57,608 nucleotides of DNA from an uncultured Candidatus Saccharibacteria bacterium (GTDB lineage: Bacteria; Patescibacteriota; Minisyncoccia; Phycocordibacterales; UBA10002). The translations under genes and the position numbers were made by a program. The DNA lies in the NCBI GenBank assembly GCA_964373775.1, contig CAYJWA010000001.1:1-57608 (forward strand). The letters run 5' to 3'. The notes below the pieces were generated by a model, which had not been told where the DNA came from, did not search any database, and saw only the letters and a list, made by a program, of their open reading frames with translations. Positions within the stretch are counted from its first letter, which is position 1. Every line of letters starts with the position of its first letter. Shown here piece after piece: positions 52,711 to 57,608 of this stretch.

Positions 52711-53682
52711 ATGAAGTTCCTCATTGCTGGACTCGGTTCAATGGGCAAGCGGAGAATCCGTAATCTGTTCGCCAATGGCGAGAAAAACATTGTGGGTTTT
52801 GACATTCGTCAAGACAGAAACAAAGAGGTACAGCAGAAATACGGCATTCACATTCTGAATCGTCTCGGAGAGATTTCACCGAAGGATTTTGACGCGCTTA
52901 TCATTTCCACTTCGCCCGACGCGCACGGTAATTATATCCGCTATGCCCTGAAGCATAAGAAGCACTTTTTTGTGGAGCATCCGACAAGCGACGATGGATA
53001 CAAAGAAATTCTCAAGAACAAAGACGCAACCGTTAAAGCTCCCTCCTGCACATTTTTATTCAATCCAGCCGTCAAGCTCATGAAAAAGATTTTGGGAGAA
53101 GGAAAGATAGGGAAGGTGCTGGCGTTCCAGTATCACATGGGGCAATATCTTCCGGACTGGCATCCGTGGGAGGACTACCGTACGGTATATTTCTCAAAGA
53201 AAGAAACAGGCGCTTGCCGCGAGATGTTCTGCTTTGAACTTATCTGGCTGAATTATCTTATGGGTTCGCGCGTGAGAGAAGTCAAGGGTTCAATCACCAA
53301 ACTCTCTGCTCTTGATATGGATGCCGACGATACGATTACGGCTGCGGTTGCGTATGAGAACAGCGTGCGCGGCACGCTTCTTATTGATGTCATTGCGCGA
53401 AAGCCGTTCCGCACGCTCCGCGTTCTCGGCTCCGAGGGCGTGCTTGAGTGGGAGCGATTTGACTACGCGATAAAGATATTCAACGCCGCGACCAAAGAAA
53501 CCGAAGTTATCCCCGTGCCGAAGGGGAATCCGGAAAAAGGGTATGTCAACGAGGAGGAGATGTACATTGAGGAAATCAAGGCATTTTTGGATGCTATCTA
53601 CGGTCGCTCGCCTTACCCATACTCGTTTGAGGAGAACCTCCTGAATCTGCGGGTTTTTGAGCGGGTTGAACGGGAGAGTTGA
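52711..53682 (+). CDS. Gfo/Idh/MocA-family oxidoreductase
   Basis: MKFLIAGLGSMGKRRIRN and HFFVEHP. Confidence 0.65.
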   Translation: MKFLIAGLGSMGKRRIRNLFANGEKNIVGFDIRQDRNKEVQQKYGIHILNRLGEISPKDFDALIISTSPDAHGNYIRYALKHKKHFFVEHPTSDDGYKEILKNKDATVKAPSCTFLFNPAVKLMKKILGEGKIGKVLAFQYHMGQYLPDWHPWEDYRTVYFSKKETGACREMFCFELIWLNYLMGSRVREVKGSITKLSALDMDADDTITAAVAYENSVRGTLLIDVIARKPFRTLRVLGSEGVLEWERFDYAIKIFNAATKETEVIPVPKGNPEKGYVNEEEMYIEEIKAFLDAIYGRSPYPYSFEENLLNLRVFERVERES

Positions 53683-53740
53683 AGGGGCGGGTAACTTTAC
53701 GCAGGCGGTCTTTGCGTCTGTTTCTTCTCCGTTTTTACAT

Positions 53741-54670
53741 TCATTTTCTTATTTCCTTGATTAAATACGCCTGGTCCAACCGAGGGAACTCAAGTTTGGA
53801 GAGTATCGCCTTGTCCATGGTCGCTCTAAAACCTATCTCTACGCCAATGTCTGTAAGAATTCGTAGCGTGCTCCGGCTGTATGAATTGTCAGGGTGAGCC
53901 GCAGTTATGATGTTTTTATGGAGCAGACCAGTGAGCATCGAGAGGTTTTTCTCGTATTCTTTTCGTTGTTCTTCGTCGGGCAGTCTTTTTAGGTTAGTGG
54001 GGTGCGTATGACTATGCAATCCGATGATATGTCCGAGATTTGAAAGCTCTATGATACGCTCCGGGTTGATCCAGAGCAGTGCAAGCAATCTTTTCGGTTC
54101 GAGTCCGGAGCCTCTAATCATGCGGTTCATGATATGTTCATATTCAGCCCGGTTTAGTATGATATCCCGCACATATCTGAACTTTTTATCCTCCGGCGTA
54201 TAGATGTGGTACGGCGTAAATATTTTTCTGTGGTCAAAATTTCGGAGTCCCCGTGCCACTTTTTCTCGGAGAGGTGACTTTGCGACGCTCTCATCGAAGG
54301 CAGCATAAAAGTCATTTATTCGCTTAAATTTCTTAAACCGGTAATATCGATAGATCTCGAGTTTGGGAGGACTTTTTTGGAAGACCCCGCTGCAAATGAA
54401 CCAAAATGCTTTGAGATTGTGTTTCCGGAGAACCGGCAGGGCAATATCGAATTGGCATCGGAGCGCATCGTCGAATGTTATGCAGACATCCCGTCCGGTA
54501 AGCGTGTTGCCGCGCGCCTTTTCAAGCCATTTTTCTGCTGAAAGTATGTTGAATCTTTTTTTGTAGAACGATAACATGCGGTCAAATTCATTGGCCGTTA
54601 TCGATCCTTGGCTCGGAATATATTTTTTATTGTCGTGAAAATAATGGAACATCAATCCGTGAGGGACCAT
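53741..54670 (-). CDS. polysaccharide deacetylase (NodB-like)
   Basis: ITFDDALRCQ and IGLHSHTHP. The ATG at 54670 (MVPHGLMFHYFHD) is preferred over the TTG at 54739. Confidence 0.55.
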   Translation of the reverse strand: MVPHGLMFHYFHDNKKYIPSQGSITANEFDRMLSFYKKRFNILSAEKWLEKARGNTLTGRDVCITFDDALRCQFDIALPVLRKHNLKAFWFICSGVFQKSPPKLEIYRYYRFKKFKRINDFYAAFDESVAKSPLREKVARGLRNFDHRKIFTPYHIYTPEDKKFRYVRDIILNRAEYEHIMNRMIRGSGLEPKRLLALLWINPERIIELSNLGHIIGLHSHTHPTNLKRLPDEEQRKEYEKNLSMLTGLLHKNIITAAHPDNSYSRSTLRILTDIGVEIGFRATMDKAILSKLEFPRLDQAYLIKEIRK

Positions 54671-54799
54671 AGCGTCTTTTTTTAGGAATAAGTGCCACTT
54701 TGCGGTTCGTAGCCGTATACCGTTACTATTTAAGCTCAACTTTAGTTATACTAGCATACAGTCGTGGAAAACGGATGCGGGCGGTAATGTCACCATACT

Positions 54800-55858
54800 A
54801 TGGCGAAACAAATCTTCATAGGGGGGAAAAAGATTGGCGCCTGCCAGCCGGTGTTTATCATCGCGGAGGCCGGAGTGAATCACAATGGAAAATTGTCGCT
54901 TGCGAGAAAACTCATTGACGCGGCGGCGGACACGGGTGCGGACGCCGTGAAGTTTCAGACATTTTCTCCTGACGAGTTGGTGACGAAGAGCGCGGCAAGA
55001 GCAGCGTATCAGACGAAGAACGAAAAGAGAAAAACCGAATCCCAGTATGCGATGCTGAAGCGCCTTGCGTTGCCGCGCGAGTGGCACGCGGAATTGAAAC
55101 GATATGTTGAAAAGAGGGGATTGGTATTTTTATCCACGCCATTTTCTTTTGCCGATGCGGAGTTTCTTCGGAAGCTCGGCGTTGAAGCCATTAAGGTGAG
55201 TTCCGGCGATGCCAACAACTATCCGTATCTTCGCCGCATCGCGGCGTGGGGGTTGCCGATTCTGCTTTCTACTGGCATGGCGGATATGAAGGAAGTGCGC
55301 GAGGCAGTCCGAACAGTAGAGAAGGCCGGAAACAAAAAATTAATTCTTTTGCAGTGCACCACGAATTACCCAACGCCGTTTCGAGAAGTGAATCTACGGG
55401 CCATAACGACTCTGCAAAAAGAATTCGCCGTGCCCGTGGGTTTTTCCGACCACACCGTTGGGAGCGAAGCCGCAATCGCGGCAGTGGCGCTCGGCGCGTG
55501 CGTTATTGAAAAACATTTCACTCTGGATAGAAATCTTCCCGGACCCGACCACAAGGCATCACTTGAACCCGATGAGCTTAAAGATTTTGTGAAGAAGATA
55601 CGGAATATCGAGTCCGCGCTCGGCACCGGGGAAAAGATTCCATTTGCCAGCGAGCGGGAAACCGCGAAGGTTGCAAGAAAGAGTTTGGTTACACTTAAAC
55701 GAGTCAAAAAGGGAGAACGGTTCACGACGGAAAACTTCACCGTCAAGCGTCCCGGGACAGGTCTTCCGCCAAAGAACTATGATAATGTTATTGGAACCCG
55801 TGCGGCGCATAACATTTCCGCGGACACTCTTTTAGCCGAGCATGACTATACCGCGTAA
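54800..55858 (+). CDS. neuB: nonulosonic acid synthase (N-acetylneuraminate/legionaminate synthase family)
   Basis: FIIAEAGVNHNG, ADAVKFQTF, GFSDHT and a C-terminal SAF-like domain (FTVKRPGTGL). Confidence 0.8.
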   Translation: MAKQIFIGGKKIGACQPVFIIAEAGVNHNGKLSLARKLIDAAADTGADAVKFQTFSPDELVTKSAARAAYQTKNEKRKTESQYAMLKRLALPREWHAELKRYVEKRGLVFLSTPFSFADAEFLRKLGVEAIKVSSGDANNYPYLRRIAAWGLPILLSTGMADMKEVREAVRTVEKAGNKKLILLQCTTNYPTPFREVNLRAITTLQKEFAVPVGFSDHTVGSEAAIAAVALGACVIEKHFTLDRNLPGPDHKASLEPDELKDFVKKIRNIESALGTGEKIPFASERETAKVARKSLVTLKRVKKGERFTTENFTVKRPGTGLPPKNYDNVIGTRAAHNISADTLLAEHDYTA

Positions 55859-56996
55859 AAAAATAGCATACATCTCTGGAACCCGCGCCGACTTCGGACT
55901 TATGACCCCGGTACTGTTGGCTATTGAAAAAAGCAAAAAACTTTCGCTTCAAGTGTACGCGACCGGGATGCACCTCATGCCGGAGTTCGGGAGCACCATT
56001 CAAGAGGTCAGGAAGTTGTTTCGGAGGACGAAAATAATTGATGCGCGATTTGACACCGACGACCGTCGCGGCATGGCGGAATTTATTGGGGTGTTCCTTC
56101 CGAAAGCGGTTGCTGCATTCAAGAAAGACCGCCCCGACCTCGTGCTTTTGCTCGGAGATCGCCCCGAGATGCTGACAACGGCGCTTGCATGTTTGTACCT
56201 TGGTATCCCAACGGGGCATCTGCACGGGGGAGAGAGGACGGCGACGGTTGATGAAGTCGCTCGACATGCTATCACGAAGCTCGTTTCTCTTCATTTTCCG
56301 GCGACGAAAGAGTCCGCAGAGCGGCTCAAAAAAATGGGGGAGGAGGCATGGCGGATTCATGCGGTCGGCGCACCGACCTTGGATACGATTACGCAGGGGA
56401 GGATTCTTTCCCGCCACGCGGTAGCGAAGTTTTTGAAGATTGAGGAGAATGAGAGTTTTATTTTAGTGGTGCAGCACCCGGTAAGCGAAGAGTGGAGAGA
56501 TGCGGGTCGGCAGATGAGAGAAACGCTTCACGCGACAAAAAGTTTCGGTATGCCGGTCGTGGTTCTGTATCCTCACGCCGATGCGGGCGGACGCCGTATG
56601 ATTACGGAGATTGAAAAAGAACGCGGCAATCCGTTGTTCCGGATTTTTTCCAGCGTGTCCTATAAGATGTTTCTTGCGTTGGAGCGGGACGCGGCGGTGT
56701 GGGTTGGGAACTCAAGCGCCATGTGCATTGAATCCGCTTCCTTTCAGACGCCGTGCGTGAATGTGGGAGAGAGGCAGAGCGGGAGGATGCGCGGAAAGAA
56801 TGTGCTTGATGTCGGGTACCGCCGAGACGAGATACGGGCGGCAATAGAGAAATCGCTCCACGACAAGTCATATCTAGCGCGGGTGCGGCGCGTAAAGAAC
56901 CTGTGGGGAGATGGGAAGACCGCAAAGCGGGTCGTTCGCATGCTGGAACACCTTCCTTCCCGCGAGAAACTGACAGCGAAACAGATTGCGTATTAA
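55842..56996 (+). CDS. neuC: hydrolysing UDP-N-acetylhexosamine 2-epimerase
   Basis: KIAYISGTRADFGLM, VLLLGDRPEML and HLHGGERT. It overlaps neuB by 17 nt. Confidence 0.75.
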   Translation: MTIPRKKIAYISGTRADFGLMTPVLLAIEKSKKLSLQVYATGMHLMPEFGSTIQEVRKLFRRTKIIDARFDTDDRRGMAEFIGVFLPKAVAAFKKDRPDLVLLLGDRPEMLTTALACLYLGIPTGHLHGGERTATVDEVARHAITKLVSLHFPATKESAERLKKMGEEAWRIHAVGAPTLDTITQGRILSRHAVAKFLKIEENESFILVVQHPVSEEWRDAGRQMRETLHATKSFGMPVVVLYPHADAGGRRMITEIEKERGNPLFRIFSSVSYKMFLALERDAAVWVGNSSAMCIESASFQTPCVNVGERQSGRMRGKNVLDVGYRRDEIRAAIEKSLHDKSYLARVRRVKNLWGDGKTAKRVVRMLEHLPSREKLTAKQIAY

Positions 56997-57021
56997 GTAA
57001 GTTGTAATACTGTCCCTTACT

Positions 57022-57423
57022 ATGGTAGAAAAGCGCTTCACACAATGGAAAAAACCAGATATACAGCATGGTAGACCAACCAAGTGGAATTGGTTGGTGT
57101 TGTATCCTAAGGCACTTTCTTTGGGTCTGCATACAGATATCGGCGCATACACGCTCATTATGGCAAAGTATGGTGTGGAGATTGAAGATGAGGTACAGAT
57201 TGGTTCTCATTGCTCCATCTATTCCTATTCCACGATTGATGACAAAGCGGGGAAGGTTGTGCTAAAGAAAAATTGTCGCATCGGCACGCACAGTTCTATC
57301 ATGCCGGGGATTACGGTGGGGGAGAACGCGATTGTCGGCGCGCACAGTTTTGTCACCAAAAATGTGCCGGCGAACACGACGGTCGCCGGCGTGCCGGCAA
57401 AACCCTTAAAGAAATTCACCTAA
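57022..57423 (+). CDS. hexapeptide-repeat (LbH) acetyltransferase
   Basis: VQIGSHCSI, CRIGTHSSIMPGITVGENAIVGAHSFV and VAGVPAKP. Confidence 0.7.
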   Translation: MVEKRFTQWKKPDIQHGRPTKWNWLVLYPKALSLGLHTDIGAYTLIMAKYGVEIEDEVQIGSHCSIYSYSTIDDKAGKVVLKKNCRIGTHSSIMPGITVGENAIVGAHSFVTKNVPANTTVAGVPAKPLKKFT

Positions 57424-57608
57424 TTGTCTAATTTCTAATTCACCTAATAAAAGGTCAAAGGCCTAATTCTAGAATCATTTGGCATTTTGTTTATTTGAGA
57501 TTTTATTAGAAATTAGGTGAATTAGAAATTAGAAATTTCTCATGCGCTATTCCAGAATCATTTGGCATTTTGTTTATTTGAGATTTTATTAGAAATTAGG
57601 TGAATTAG
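57424..57608. repeat. AT-rich inverted-repeat element (copy F) with a 59-nt tandem duplication reaching the window edge
   Basis: The arms at 57428..57452 and 57501..57532 are complementary. The 59-mers at 57467..57525 and 57550..57608 match at 58/59 with an 83-nt period. Confidence 0.75.

Noticed and set aside
57467-57608. CRISPR array at the window end
   Set aside because: Only two units are visible. The repeat (59 nt) is longer than the spacer (24 nt), the repeat belongs to the AT-rich hairpin family, and no cas genes are present.
1-57608. rRNA, tRNA, tmRNA, transposase, integrase, reverse transcriptase or cas genes
   Set aside because: None were recognised on either strand. No T-loop/acceptor-like cloverleaf candidates and no DDE, tyrosine-recombinase or RT motifs were seen in the ORF translations.

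Overview
This 57.6-kb window is almost entirely a surface-glycan biosynthesis super-locus of about 50 genes, mostly on the + strand and often with 1-20 nt overlaps between neighbours. No rRNA, tRNA, CRISPR array, transposase or integrase was recognised, and taxonomy cannot be set from the sequence alone.

Modules recognised by eye from conserved motifs:
- A GDP-heptose pathway split across the window: gmhB, a nucleotidyltransferase, a transaldolase and a SIS isomerase at 0.2-4 kb, and hddA-hddC-gmhA plus RmlD/Fcl-like reductases at 34.9-38.9 kb.
- Two Gmd dehydratases. One sits in a minus-strand Gmd-ColD-reductase operon that should make a 3,6-dideoxy sugar.
- Three Dpm1/GtrB-like GT2 enzymes matched by three paralogous large polytopic membrane proteins with a PMT/ArnT-like DE motif.
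- Two NDP-sugar C-methyltransferases, about seven other methyltransferases, and several SDR epimerases.
- A duplicated epimerase+GT2 cassette with a decayed third GT2 copy.
- A nonulosonic-acid module at 46-57 kb: HisF/HisH-like proteins, a WbpG-like amidotransferase, an amidinotransferase, NeuA, NeuB, NeuC, a deacetylase and an acetyltransferase.

The most unusual observations:
1. The NeuA cytidylyltransferase is fused in frame to a MazF/PemK-like toxin-fold domain, with no antitoxin gene nearby.
2. A 38-nt GC-rich palindrome lies in frame inside an oxidoreductase gene. A second intergenic copy carries a compensatory base-pair change.
3. Three families of MITE-like elements have terminal inverted repeats and target-site duplications. 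One is inserted in a terminator T-tract and supplies a -35 box.
4. Long AT-rich imperfect hairpin repeats fill intergenic gaps. Two of them are inverted copies of the same element.
5. An arginine-type amidinotransferase sits beside an acetamidino-forming system in the nonulosonic-acid module.

All functional calls are motif-level inferences made without database searches.
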